Assembly (NCBI RefSeq): GCF_006345805.1
Contig: NC_042999.1
Coordinates: forward strand, 138,880,001 to 138,944,000
Reading direction: 5' to 3'
Length of the DNA: 64,000 nt
From: Octopus sinensis
Lineage: Eukaryota
Shown here: piece by piece, positions 35,546 to 49,227 of the stretch
Numbering within the stretch: the stretch's first letter is position 1
How the letters are laid out: each line of letters starts with the position of its first letter
The notes under the pieces: generated by a model
Told to the model about the DNA's origin: nothing
Seen by the model: the letters and a program-made list of their open reading frames with translations, nothing else
The model's database searches: none
Program-made: the position numbers and the translations under genes

Positions 35546-35605
35546 TATACGAGTGGGTGGACAAACGAAAGAAGGGCACTCAGCCAATTTATTGGGAGTT
35601 ACATG
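35546..35605 (+). mobile_element. Solo mariner-like terminal sequence (TA|CGAGTGGGTGGACAAA...)
   Basis: Close match over ~58 bp to 52696-52753; follows TA. Confidence 0.45.
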
Positions 35606-35684
35606 CAATCAAATTCAAAATGGCTGACGACTAGCATCACGCTTGGAACTCAAGAGTACCAACGAATTTGAATCAAACTGTTTT

Positions 35685-35803
<119 letters not shown>

Positions 35804-35852
35804 TGTATGTATGTATGTATGTATGTATGTATGTAGCTTTTATCCATTATCT

Positions 35853-36266
35853 TTCACTTGTTTCAGTCATTTGACTGTAGCCATGCTGGAGCCCCATCTT
35901 GAAGGGACTTTGTCGAACAAATCGACTCCAGGACTTTTTTAAAAAAACCTAGTACTTATTCTATTGATCTATTTTCCCGAACCGCTAAGTTAAGGGGAAC
36001 GTAAATACACCAGCACCGGTTGTCAGGCGGTGGTGGGGGACAAAAAGAGACACACGGACACACATAGACACACGCACACAGATATATATATATACGTATA
36101 TATGCATATACGACGGGCTTGTTTCAGTTTTCGTCTACCAGATCTACTCACGAGGCTATGGTCGGCCAGAGGCTATAGTAGAAGACACTTGCCCAAGGTG
36201 CCACGCAGTGGGACTGAACCTGAAACGATGTGATTGAGAAGTAAGCTTCTTACCCCAGTCACGCCT
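35853..36266 (-). mobile_element. SINE family A
   Basis: Diverged full-length copy. Confidence 0.88.
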
Positions 36267-36552
36267 GACATACATACATATATACATACATACATACATA
36301 CATACATATTGATTTTGCAAACGTTTGGTTTGCCAAAGTTTATTATTGTTGTCATTTCCGGCATGTGTCAAACAATTTCTATCTGTCATAACTGTCCCAT
36401 GATCTATTTGCAAATTAAAAAAATATTAAGATGGAAGAATCTATTCCTGCTATAAATGTTTCTTCTATTCTTACATTTTACAACACCGATGTTTCCTGTG
36501 TTTCTACGTGAACCATACATCTCAGAGTTCTCTCTCTTTCTCTTTCTCTCTC

Positions 36553-36620
<68 letters not shown>

Positions 36621-37560
36621 ATTAATGAACTTTAAGAGACGTTACCACTTCTCTGAAAGTTATTGGTGCAAAGTATACACAAGTCGAAAACAGCTCTGCT
36701 TATCATAAAGCTTATAAACAAAGTAGTCTTTCATATATACCAAGGTTTAAGAATGTTTGTTTGTGTGTATGTTTATGTGTATGTGTTGACGTGTGTGGAT
36801 GTGTGTGTGAATGTAAGTGGAAGAGTGTGTGTGTGTGTGTGAATGATTGTGCATATCAATTTATATATGGCATATTGCACCTAAGACCGTCCCGTATTTT
36901 TGGCAGTATTTACGATATCATTCAATAATGTGCCCTTCCATTTTTAAAGATAGTTGGAGGTTATTTGAAGATTATGCTATTATTTCTTGCAGGTGGAACG
37001 ATTGCATAAAAGCTCCAATGTTTGCTCGTTCCGTACCTATATTTGATTGTTACGTGTACTGATGTACCTAGATGTACCTAGCATCAAATATTATCAAATA
37101 TAGATTTCAGTAGCATCCAACTATAAAGCATCTTCCTAGTGTCTTCCAATTATGCAACTTTCCAAAGTTTTTCGATGGTTTCAAAATTGATTGTGTAAGT
37201 TTCGCTCTTAACTTTATATCTATTTATTAGATCATTAGACCTACTAGAATAAGTTTCGTCGTTTGCTACCCAGGGTTTTATGCCAAACAGTCTCTAGTGA
37301 TTCGGGGTTGTATTAGTTCATATTTATTTTTCTTTAAACTGGGAGCTTGCGCTAAGGTTGAGAAATGTAATTTATTAAGGGATGAGTGTGTGATGTGAGA
37401 GACTGTGATTGTCTTCTTGTGTTGGTAACATTATTATGCTACTGCCAGCCACTCTTCATTCAGAAGATGATTAGGCAAAGAAGATCTATCGATGCTAATA
37501 TACTTAGGAACTTTATTGCTTTAACCCACACTCAAAGTGTTATTAGTTGTTTCTACTATA

Positions 37561-37828
37561 GGAGGCGCAATGGCCCAGTGGTTAGGGCAGCGGACTCGCG
37601 GTCGTAGATCGCGGTTTCGATTCCCAAACCGGGCGTTGTGAGTGTTTATTGAGCGAAAACTCTTAAAGTTCCACGAGGCTCCGGCAGGGGATGGTAACGA
37701 ATCCTGTTGTACTCTTTCACCACAACTTTCTCTCACCCTTTCTTCCTATTTCTGTTGTACCTGTATTTCAAAGGGCCAGCCTTGTCACACTCTGTGTCAC
37801 GTTGAATCTCCCCGAGAACTACGTTAAT
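37561..37828 (+). mobile_element. tRNA-derived SINE with a distinct head (family D) joined to a family C body
   Basis: ggaggcgcaatggcccagtggttagggcagcgg head; 3' part tatttcaaagggccagccttgtcacactctgtgtcacg matches the family C copy at 53128-53450. Confidence 0.82.
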
Positions 37829-37854
37829 AACCCTTTGTATTATAGGCAAAGGAT

Positions 37855-38225
37855 CTAAAACTTTGGAGGACGGAGATAATTGATTACATCGACTCCAGTG
37901 CTCAATTGATGTTTATTTCATCGACCCCGAAAGAAGAAAGGCAATGTCAACTTCGGGGGAATTTGATTTCAGAACGTAAAGACGAACGAAATAACGCTAA
38001 GAAAATCTTCCGGCTCGCCATCTTTATAATCCTTTCTGTAATAGGCACAGGGCAGGAATTTTAGGATAAGGGTACAGTCGATTACATCGATTCCAGTACT
38101 TGACTGGTACTTAATTGATCGAACACAAAAGGATGAAAAGCAAAGTCGACCTCGGCGAATTTTGACCTCAGAATGTAAAGACGGACGATATACTGCTAAG
38201 CATTTTGTCCTGCCTGCCACTTTCA
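37855..38225 (-). mobile_element. Two tandem SINE family B monomers
   Basis: The atcgac(t)ccagt...gaaaggcaa..tcggcg..atttga..cagaa unit occurs twice. Confidence 0.8.
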
Positions 38226-38792
38226 CCGTCTTAATAATAATGATATAATTTCTTACAAAGACAGATGGCTAATATCTTGTTGGAGGGTACTTTCGATGAG
38301 ATTGACCCCAGTACTTGACTGATACTTATTTTATCGAAGCTGGATGGTGAACGAAAAAGTTTCAGAGGAATTCGAAATCAGAACGGAATGGAAGATAGCT
38401 GAATACCTCAAACATATGTTGACCAATTCAAAAGGCCATAATATTCTGTTTTTGCTCGTCACGACATGTATTTGAATGTTACGCATAACGATGGAACGAA
38501 ATTATAAACAAAATCGAAATACTAAATATAGTGACACAATGTTATAAAGATCTATGAATTTATGCCTCAGAAAACAAAAAAAAAATGTGGAATTCTACGG
38601 GAACCGCTTGTAATAGTGGTGTCCTATATTAGCAACAAAAGTACTAGATGCTGGGGAAAATAGAAAGGTGATGTAGGAGAAAAAAACAACAAAATCAACA
38701 AGCAAACAAGTAGCGGGGATTGACACAGACTGACAGGCTGAGATTATAAAACAATTAAGATATGAATAGATAATACACTACTACTGCTGCTG

Positions 38793-38837
<45 letters not shown>

Positions 38838-39048
38838 GAAAGAGAGAGAGAGGGAGAGGGAAGGAGGGAGAAAGAGGTAGAAAGAGAGAGAGAGAAAGAG
38901 AGAGAGAGAGAAAAAGAGAGAGAGAAAGAGAGAGAGAGAGAAAAAGAGAGAGAGAAGAGGATTGAGTATATATATATACAAGAGCTTTACTAGAACTTCA
39001 GATATCGGTATGTATGTATGTATGTGTGTATGTATGAATATACACTTG

Positions 39049-39088
<40 letters not shown>

Positions 39089-39435
39089 GTGTGTGTGTGC
39101 GTGTGTGTGCGTGTGTGCGTGTGTGTGTGTGCGCGTGTGTAAAGGAACAAATTTAGCCAATCTGAATATCGCAACGTGCCAAATAATCCTGTGCACCCAC
39201 ATATTATGTAGATTATTGCCAAAATACCAGTCTGCTTTCGATGTTACTTTTAGTTGTTTTTTTTTTTTTTTTCAAATATTTTTCATGCGTAGCAATAACG
39301 AAGATCTACATGATAATGCTGATGATGATAACGACGACCATGATGATGATGATGATGACAATGATGAAGTTTGTTGTTATTGCCGCTATTATATTATCAA
39401 TGTTATTTTTTCCTATTCTCTTACTATTTAAGTGT

Positions 39436-39489
<54 letters not shown>

Positions 39490-39741
39490 GTGTGTGTTGT
39501 GTGTGTGTCTGTGTGTTTCAGGTAGCTGATTCTTAGAATGTTGAAAACATGAGAAGCAATACATAAATAGATTTAATGGAGTTCCATCATGTTTCGCGAA
39601 TAATAAAAGTGGTTGTTGTTGGTGGTGATGATGCTTGAAGAGTTGTTGATGATGATGACGATGATGATGATAATGATAATGATGATGATGATGAACGTGA
39701 CGATAATGGTGATGTGGTGGTTGGGTTATGGAACTATTGTG

Positions 39742-39935
<194 letters not shown>

Positions 39936-40224
39936 TCCAAAAATCACTTTTCACCCCCATTCTCTCTTTCTCTTTGTATATATATGTGTACACACACACT
40001 CACATGCACACGCACACACAGGTGTGTGTAGTATACACAGAATAACTAGAACTTGAAACATGAGTATATATATTTCTTGTTCAATATATATATAAAAAAA
40101 TGAATCTATTTGAAATTAAGACGATGGTTATAATGGTTTCAAATTTTGGCACAAAACCAGTAGTTTCAGAGAAGTGGGTAAGACTCTTATCCACTTGCCT
40201 GAAACTACTGGTTACATCTGCAAT

Positions 40225-40398
40225 GACAGGGGATACCAAAATGACTCCCCAGGATTCAACTGGGTGTTTATTTTATCGATCCCGAAAGGATCAAAGACAA
40301 ATCGATCTCGGTAGCATTTGAGCTCAGACCGTAAAGACGGACAAAATGCCGCTAAACATTTTGTCTAGCGTGCTAACGATGGGACAGCTTGCCGCCTT
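40225..40398 (-). mobile_element. SINE family B
   Basis: ttttatcgatcccgaaaggatcaaagacaa ... gcttgccgcct. Confidence 0.82.
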
Positions 40399-40757
40399 CA
40401 AGACGATTGCTATATTGTTTTTGATAATGAGAAATTTACGGAATATTTTGGAAGATGTGAACCCGTTTCAAACTGCAACTCCAAGAACGTTAATATTTGT
40501 GACGTAACAATGGGTTTTAGTAAAAGATTCTACGCCGATGGTTACAAACGGAAAAGCCTTAAGAATAAAGGTCATAAAAATATATATTCACACAAATAGT
40601 TCACAACAATAAACATTTGGGAAAACTGCAAAGAATGTATAAAATTATAAAGTAATGAGCAAACAACAACTTAGATGAATACATACAGCGTCGATTAATA
40701 TATATTTAAAAAAATGAGGTTTTGGTGAATTTATGTAACCGCATAGCTTTGATATAT

Positions 40758-41112
40758 TTGACAGGTTTCGGCCAGTATAGGCCCAGGCCATGTCTAACTT
40801 AATAGCACAACCTGGTGATGTCTTTTAGCCATATATGCGGCACCATGGCGCACTCTAGCAAAAAGTTATTAATATTGGAGACATACCCCGGTGAAGGAGG
40901 ATGGTCCGGGATTTTTCGAAGAAATTATCCAGTGAACTTTTGAATTTTATGGGATCCGTTTCCGTTTTGACGTATTTTCGTATGGTATTAAAGAGAGCTG
41001 GACCGGTTGAGGTAAAGTAGTTGTGGCGTAATGCTATGTGTCCTGAGTTCTATTTTCGTACTGGGCGGATAGCATGGGGACCAAGTCTTGGGTGGATTTT
41101 AAAACTGATGCC
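40758..41112 (-). mobile_element. CR1/L2-like LINE, ORF2 C-terminus and 3' end
   Basis: Minus frame GISFKIHPRLGPHAIRPVRK*NSGHIALRHNYFTSTGPALFNTIRKYVKTETDPIKFKSSLDNFFEK(I)PDHPPSPGY; cf. GPxLFNxLP...FKxxLDxFLxxIPDxPxxPGY. Confidence 0.8.
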
Positions 41113-41453
41113 AACATCATTTGTGCAATATTAATGGAATATTTTCCAACCTATATCTTATAAACTGAATAAAATATATATTTCATTTTATAAACTACTT
41201 TTTGAGTATATGTGTGTGTTGGGGGTGGGGTGGAAGAATCGGTTGTAGCTGACAAAAGCAGTTTCACGTTTTCCACTTTTAAATAACTACTAAATCTTTT
41301 TTTCATCATGTCTACCTCTGATTCCAGAATGGGGTCTCAGAATCTCGATAGTAACACACATGCGCGCCCGTGCGCACACTCACTCATATACATACATATA
41401 CATTAATGCATACGTATATATTAAGTTACATACATATACACACCCTCACATAT

Positions 41454-41830
41454 CTTTTATCTTTTGTTTCAGTCAGTAGACTGCGGCTATGCTGGGGCAC
41501 TGCCTCCAAGAGATTTTATTCGAAAGAATCGACCCCAGTACTTTTTAAAGCCTGGTACTTATTCTGTCAGTTTCTTTTGTCGAACTGTTAGAATACGGGG
41601 AACGTAAACAAACCAGCATCGGTTGTCAAGCGGTGGTGGGGGCAAACACTGATACAAATACACTCCTCACACATAGTGATAGATAGATAGATAGCTAGAC
41701 GACAGCCTTCTTTCAGTTTCCGTCAACCAAATTTATTCACAAGTGTTTCGTCGGTCAGAGGCTATAGTAGAAACTTGCCCAAGGTGCCACGCAGTAGAAC
41801 AGAACCTGGAATCATGTGGTTGGGAAAGCT
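41454..41830 (-). mobile_element. SINE family A, diverged
   Basis: Aligns along its length. Confidence 0.85.
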
Positions 41831-41883
41831 ACCGTAGGTGTGTATGTGCGTGTGAGTGTGCATGAAGAAGTTGTTCAGTAGAT

Positions 41884-42283
41884 ATTCTTTTCTATTCTAG
41901 GCACAAGGCCCGAAATTTTTGGGGAGGGGGCCAGTCGATTAAATCGACTCCAGTACGCAACTGGAGTTAATTTATCAACCACGAAAGGATGAAAAGCAAA
42001 GCCAACCTCGGCGGAATCTGAACTCAGAACGTAAAGACAGACGATATACCTATTTCTTTACAACCCACAAGGGGCTAAACACAGAGGGGATAAACAAGGA
42101 CACACAAACGGATTAAATCGATTACATCGACCCCAGTGCGTAACTGGTACTTAATTCATCGACCACGAAAGAATGAAAGGCAAAGTTGACCTCGGCGGAA
42201 TTTGAACTCAGAACGTAACGGCAGAGGAAATACAGCTACGCATTTCACCCGGCGTGCTAACGTTTCTGCCAGCTCGCCGCCTT
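41884..42283 (-). mobile_element. Dimeric SINE family B (full monomer with a second tail type, plus a head-less monomer)
   Basis: Core repeated at 41935-42050 and 42115-42240; spacer tatttctttacaacccacaaggggctaaacacagagg. Confidence 0.85.
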
Positions 42284-42539
42284 CAGCATAACAGATATTA
42301 CATTTTGATTTGATACGTAGGCGAGTGTTAGATGAAAAAAACAAAACAAAAACAAAAAAAAACTATTAGGTGAATTACTAAAAACGAAACTGTAAATGGC
42401 GACGCAAGTTAACACGAATTCGAAAGTGTTTTGTGATTAAAGGAATGAAAGAAAATATAGGAAGTGATATTATACCATGGCACTGAAAGGGACGAAATTA
42501 TATATAACATAATTAATTATAAAAAAACTGATACAACAT

Positions 42540-42711
42540 AGGCGCAGACATAGCTGTGTGGTAAGATGTCTACTCCCCCAACTACATGGTTTCGGGTTCA
42601 GTTCCATTGCGTGACACCTTAGGTAAATGTTTTCTATAATAACAGGCAAACTAAAGCCTTGTGAGTGGATTTGATTGACGGAAACTGAAGGAAGCTCGTA
42701 TGTATGTACGC

Positions 42712-42761
<50 letters not shown>

Positions 42762-42955
42762 TAGATAGAGATAGAGAGAGAGAGAGGAGTGTGTTTTGTG
42801 TTTACGTTACCGTAACTTAGCGGTTTGACAAAAGAATCCGATAGAATAAGCATCAGACTTATCAGATAGGTATTGGGGTCGATTTTTTCGACTAAAACTC
42901 TTCAAGACTGTGCCCCAGCATGACCACAGTCCAATGAGTAAAACAAGTAAAAGAT
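42540..42955 (+). mobile_element. SINE family A, diverged
   Basis: aggcgcagacatagctgtgtggtaag ... aaacaagtaaaaga. Confidence 0.85.
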
Positions 42956-43399
42956 CAAATCGTATTGGCTTGCAAATTTAATCGGCTCAATGTAGTAGGA
43001 ATGCTTTCGACAGTAATACGAAACCACAGTTTTAAATTTGAAAGTTTGAAAGGTTAAGAAAAAGACAATAAGTTTTATGTTTATGAAGTCGGTGTTGATT
43101 TACACTTGGAGACGAAACTTCAATTCTGGAACTTCAACCAGTGACCGGTTAAAAGGAGGAGTACATATACACATATGCTATTTTATTTATATTTTCATTG
43201 TGATACTCTATACCATTGTAAATATCAAGATCAGATCGAAAAATAAAATCAAACCATCTGTGTGTTTATTTTTTAAATCCCGAAACATATCATATATCGT
43301 TCATATTAACAATCTTAGCGTTACACACACACACACACACACCCACAAGCATGGATGGATCTCCATTGGTTTCGAGAAGTGTTTTCAGGTATTCAATCA

Positions 43400-43520
43400 C
43401 CTGAATTAAAAACGAAGTGGCTGAGTATTCCAGGGACATACGTGCCTTTAACGTAATTCTCTGACAGAATAAGTGTGACACAGAGTGCAACAAGGTTGTA
43501 CCTTCGAAATACAAGTACCA
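43400..43520 (-). mobile_element. SINE family C body fragment
   Basis: gtggctgagtattcc..ttaacgtaattct..gtgtgacacagagtgcaacaagg. Confidence 0.65.
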
Positions 43521-43699
43521 TCAATCCGACAGACTTCTATGTAGTTTCTCTCTACTTACTTTCATCCGCGGTATAGGTGATTATTCGCTTTGTAACCACA
43601 TGGTCTCAGGTTCGATATCACTGTGTTGTATCTTGAGCAGATATAATAACTTTCTTTAGACTAAAGTCGACACAGCTTGTGAGTGAAAATGGATAGACA

Positions 43700-43731
43700 T
43701 ACACCTCGGTTGTCAAGCGATGGTGGAGGGA

Positions 43732-43780
<49 letters not shown>

Positions 43781-43949
43781 ACACACACACACACATACGA
43801 CAGGCTTCTTTCAGTTCCCGTCTTCCAGTCAGAAGGCTTTGGTTGGCTCGAGGCTAAAGTAAAATATTCTAGCCCAAGGTGCCACGCAGTGGAACTGAAC
43901 CCCGAACCATGTGGTTGGGAAGCAAGCTTACCACACAGCCACGCCTGCA
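43700..43949 (-). mobile_element. SINE family A, 5' two-thirds
   Basis: Head ccacacagccacgcctgc and CORE segment. Confidence 0.85.
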
Positions 43950-45009
43950 CTTGTTCATAGCCTTTTTGTGAATCTACGTAGAAATGGTTAAATTCGCCAT
44001 GTTTGTAAGTCGGCTATGTAGGTTTATTGATTGACTCATTCATTCATGTATTCATTCATGCATGCATTCATTCATGCATGCATACACGCATACATTCGCG
44101 CGCGTATATGTAATACTTATATCATCATCATGATCATCATGATCATCATGATCATGATCATGATCATCATCATCACCAGCACCAGCACCACCACCAGCAC
44201 CACCACCATCATCATCATCGTCGTCGTCGTCACCATCACACCATATTGAGATTATATGTCTATAGACGATACACTGAAACAAAAAACGTAAGGGAATGAC
44301 AATGCGTTTCACTGTTTTCTTTCTATGCAAACTTTTAATCCATCCATAGCAATGGCTATTAGATTTATCATTATTAGATCGTTGTTGCCGGTTAGAATAC
44401 CGGCTTTGTTATGAGCCAGTGGGAAACTATAAGTCTCATATCAAGACCATACTAGTGTAAAAACAATTGTAAATATCACATATATCCCATTACTTCCTTA
44501 CTTGCATCATCTTAACTCCAGTACTTATCTTAGTCCGGTGCCTATTTCATAGATCAATATTGATTGAACAGGGCGAAGTTAGCTTTTGATACAACATTGG
44601 TTGTGTGTGCGCGCGTGTGTATCCAGGTTGACGTAAACATCAACATGGAAACATACACACACACACGCGCACGCACACACAAGCACGACGGGCGTTGACA
44701 AACTTTGTGTCAAGCAAATTCTTTTAATTTTGGTCAATTCGGGGTGAGAATAGAAAATACTTGTTCAAATTATTATGCAGTGGGATCGAAGTCGGATCTA
44801 CGTGGTTTGAAAGCGAAATTCTTAACCATACATCCGTGAATTAAATACAAATGCCTAATCCTGTCTCGAGCCCTCAACATTTGATGGTATCGTAAGGGTA
44901 CCTTCGTGATATATTGCGTCGAGAGCATCTGACTCAGGCCGCAGCCAATCCCTCTACTGGAATGACCGTAGCCAATTTCTTCCAGAATGTGCGAGAGAGA
45001 AAGACACTA

Positions 45010-45098
45010 GAGTGAGAGAGAGAGAGAGAGAGAGAAAGAAAGAGAGAGGGAGAGAGAGAAAAGAAAGATATATATATATATATTATATATATATATAT

Positions 45099-45147
<49 letters not shown>

Positions 45148-45242
45148 GAGAGAGAGAGAAGAAAGAGAGAGAGAGAGAGAAAAAGAAAGATATATATATA
45201 TATATATATATAATATATATATATATAGAGAGAGAGAGAGAG

Positions 45243-45273
<31 letters not shown>
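45010..45273. repeat. (GA)n(TA)n compound microsatellite, block duplicated
   Basis: aaagaaagatatatata...tagagag at ~45058 and ~45180. Confidence 0.9.
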
Positions 45274-46659
45274 GGAAGATTCGACCCGGTACTAGACTGG
45301 TATTTTATTTTGAACTCCGAAAGGTCTAGAGGCAGAAGTTGGCCCATGCGAGATTTGAGCTTAAGGTATACTGAAAAGAATATCACAAAACTGCCAACTT
45401 GCTGCCATAAATATTCTTCTGTCGCAAAAATACGTTAAGAGTATCAAATTCTTTGCTCTGCTATTCAGTTGTCGTCATGCTACTAAGCATTTAATTACTG
45501 AATATTATATAATAAACACGATCCCCTTACACATTCTGCTGTCTATTTTGCTACTGAGTAACGAGGAAGAAATCTGTTACGTTTATTTTACAAGAAATGC
45601 ATTGTGAGATCTGATGATGTAACAATATGCTTGCAGATGTGGGTTGAGCTGAACGTAGAAAGTGAAGTTAGGGGAAGATGGAACGCCATGAAAGATCGAT
45701 GACAATGGTATGACACAGCAGGCATATATTTATATGGCTATGTATGGTACAGAAATAGGCTTTTCGCCGTTGCATGAGTTAATTCACATTTCAAAGATGT
45801 AAATAATTCATATAGTGTTCATAGTGCCGGATTTAGACATGGTGAGACCCAAAGCTATATAAAGCCTGGAGGCCCATTGCTAAAAGATTACACATTTCAC
45901 GAAAATTGAAGACAGAGACACGCTTTTTAATTGTTGTGAGGCTCCTACAGATTGCGTGTCTTTAGGATGTAGATTGCTTTAGCTTATGTGTATATCCGAT
46001 GCCAGTTGTTATGAACAACCTGTTCATAACTTCGAATATTCTAATAAACATTTATACTAAAGGAGTTTATGATTTTTGGCAATATTTTAATAACATTTGG
46101 GCTTGTTATGTACGTTTACAATGTGGGATTTGACTATGCAATGATTACATAAGCAAAAGATTCTCGGCGTTTTTGCTCAGCTTAGAAGAAATAGCAGGTA
46201 AACCGTCTCAAATAAGCAATTATTATATAATGTAGTTTTAAATATACTGTCTCAAAAGAAAAAAAAACAAGAAAGAAAATGTGAGAGACTGACTGATCCG
46301 GTTGTAATGGCCTTTCATGATATTTCTACTTGATCCAAGTTGGTCTGGAGCTAATCAAAAACTACAGCTAATTTGATATCTAATAAATCAAAGAAAATGT
46401 TGTAAATACATTAGTAGTACTTTTGTGTGTTTGTATGTTGGTGTGTTAGTGTTGGCATATGAGAGTATGCGCGTGCGTGTGAGAATGACCTTTTTTTGCA
46501 ATTAGTACATTTGTAGAGCGTGCTAATAATTACTTTTACGACTTTATCACATGTCGCTTGTACCATCAGCATGAAACAATTTAATGAGAAATTAAAAGTG
46601 CATCCTGACAACTAATAATCAAAAGTTTGAAAACACACGTGTATGTGTGTGCTTGTGTA

Positions 46660-46878
46660 TACATACATTCATACATACATACATACATACATACATACAT
46701 ACATACATACATACATACACATACATACATACACACATACATACACACATACATACACATACATACATACACACATACATACATACATACACACATACAT
46801 ACACACATACATACATACATACATACATACATACACACATACATACATACATACATACATACATACATACATACATAC
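46660..46878. repeat. (CATA)n microsatellite
   Basis: Direct reading. Confidence 0.95.
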
Positions 46879-47284
46879 AAGGAATATATTTACACAAACA
46901 CAAACACGAGCGTCATGCAAAAATGAACAAGACATCCGAGCTATGTATCTGTATATAATATATACAAACTCATGTACATATACGCGTATTGATTTATACA
47001 CACATTCAAACATACATGGAACATATACTCATGTTCACAAAAACTGTTTTACTCTGGAGTAGGACCGGAAGTTTTTATCGTGTCACCACGATAGTGGAAC
47101 TTCACTTATACTAGCAGTATACACATGTTTCCATGAACGTCATTTACATATCTCTTTATCATAAGGGAAGTCCGAATACGAGTATAAACAAACATACATG
47201 TATTAATATATCAACCATCCATTCATTCATCAACCTATGTATATACATCCATTCACCCATTCATAGACCCACCCACCCATCCAT

Positions 47285-47337
<53 letters not shown>

Positions 47338-47361
47338 TATATACACTACATACATACATAC

Positions 47362-47395
<34 letters not shown>

Positions 47396-48061
47396 TACTT
47401 GCGCTAACATGATATCTAAATGATAGCGTTTTGGCAGTGACACAGGCAGGTTTTTATGCAGAGAGTTTATGTAGTGCATATTTTTGTAAGGTAGTAATTG
47501 ACGAAATACACGAAACGGATTGATTACTTGAGAGATGAAATCGAGAATAACTGACATAGAGGATTCTTCGTTGGCTAGAAATATTTATTGTGAGTATTAT
47601 TTTGCTGAAAGTCAGTCCTGCTCGAGCAGATCTCCGAGGAAGGCCTTCGAGCAACGACCACGCGTCTTATTGTAAAACAGAAGCACAGTGTATCTTGGAT
47701 TGTATCATACAACTGACCATGTGAAGGTAACCTTGTTTTCTCGCATGCATTGCATCAACTAGACGCTACTGGAATCTGAAGTGAAGCACTTGCCAGTAAG
47801 CTAGTGATTCGGAAAAGTATCATTCGAAGATCACCTCTAACGATAGTGTTTTAACAGTCAATAAATAAATTTCTTATAACAGTAACTTGACTTTGATCTT
47901 ACGTAATCAAAGGTGACTAATCGATTGTTGACCAGCAGTCGTTGACTATTCCCGAAAGTTTTCGATCTTGTTCCTAAAAGCTTAAGTGAACAAAGGCTCA
48001 TTAAAGTAAATTGCTTTGTTCTAGGAATAACTAACTCTGCAACTCTTGGCACCAGTCTCTG

Positions 48062-48825
48062 TCTTTTCTATCGTTACTACCACGGAAAGTGGTCTGACGA
48101 ACTTTCTCTCTTAGTTCCAGACCACTTTCTACCATCTCACCTGACTCGGAACTCACAGCGTCTCCATCCAAATTTTATTGTGCTGCCAAAATTAAAGAAG
48201 TTTTCCTACGTTGTAAGTTTTTTTCCTCGAACTGTCAAACTTTGGAACTCTTCCATCTCATTGTTTTCCTCCTTCATATGACATGATCTTTTTCATAGGC
48301 GTAGGAGTGGCTGTGTGGTAAGTAGCTTGCTTACGAACCACGTGGTTCCGGGTTCAGTCCTACTGCGTGGCACCTTTGGTAAGTGTTCCTACTATAGCCT
48401 CGGGCCGACCAAAGCCTTGTGAGTGGATTTGGTAGACAGAAATTGAAAGAAGCCCGCCGCACATATCTATACACTTATATGTATGTGTGTGTGTGTGTAT
48501 GTGTTTGTGTGTCTATGTTTGCCCCCCCCCCCAACATCGCTTGATGACCGATGCTGGTGTGTTTACTTCCCCGTAACTTAGCGGTTCGGCAAAATAGACC
48601 GATAGAATAAATACTAGGCTTACAAAGAATAAGTCCTGGGGTCGATTTGCTCGACTAAAAGGCGGTGCTCCAGCATGGCCACAGTCTCATGACTGAAACA
48701 AGTAAGAGAGTAAATCTAAAGTAAATCCATTCCTCTCGTGCTAATTTCCCTTTCTTCGTAGTTCCTTATGCTATGTAACTTTTCGCCTTTTTTGTGTGTG
48801 TGGGTCTTTCAATGAAAAATAAAAG
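48062..48825 (+). mobile_element. Jockey/CR1/L2-like LINE 3' end interrupted by a SINE A
   Basis: FYRYYHGKWSDELSLLVP...HPNFIVLPK...FFPRTVKLWN(S)..FPPSYDMIFF|[SINE]|KSKVNPFLSC*; cf. FYRYYxGxCSxEL..SFFPRTxxLWNSLP..FPxxYDxxxFKxxVN. Confidence 0.8.
48297..48712 (+). mobile_element. SINE family A, full length, nested in the LINE
   Basis: aggcgtaggagtggctgtgtgg ... gaaacaagtaagagagta. Confidence 0.93.
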
Positions 48826-49195
48826 ACAAAACAATCTAGCACTGGATTTGATTTCACCAGTCTGGTTGTGTGTTTAAAAAGTTTGCTTTACAATCGCATA
48901 GTTGCAAGTTCGGGCCCATTGTAAGTGTCTTCTACTATAGCCTCAGGTTGGCAAATATTTTGTAAATGGAATTTGGTCGGCGGAAACTGTGCGGAAGCCT
49001 GTCGAATATACATGTAATGTATGTACGGGTGTATGTATTTTCCTAGCATACATCGGCGAAAAATATAATGATCGTCGAAAAAACTGTAAAAGGGACGTTT
49101 TCCAAACGACGCAGTAGCATCAGCATTATCATCATCATCATCATCACCACCACCACCGCCGCCCCCGCCTCCGCCGTCATCGTCATCATCATCAT

Positions 49196-49227
<32 letters not shown>

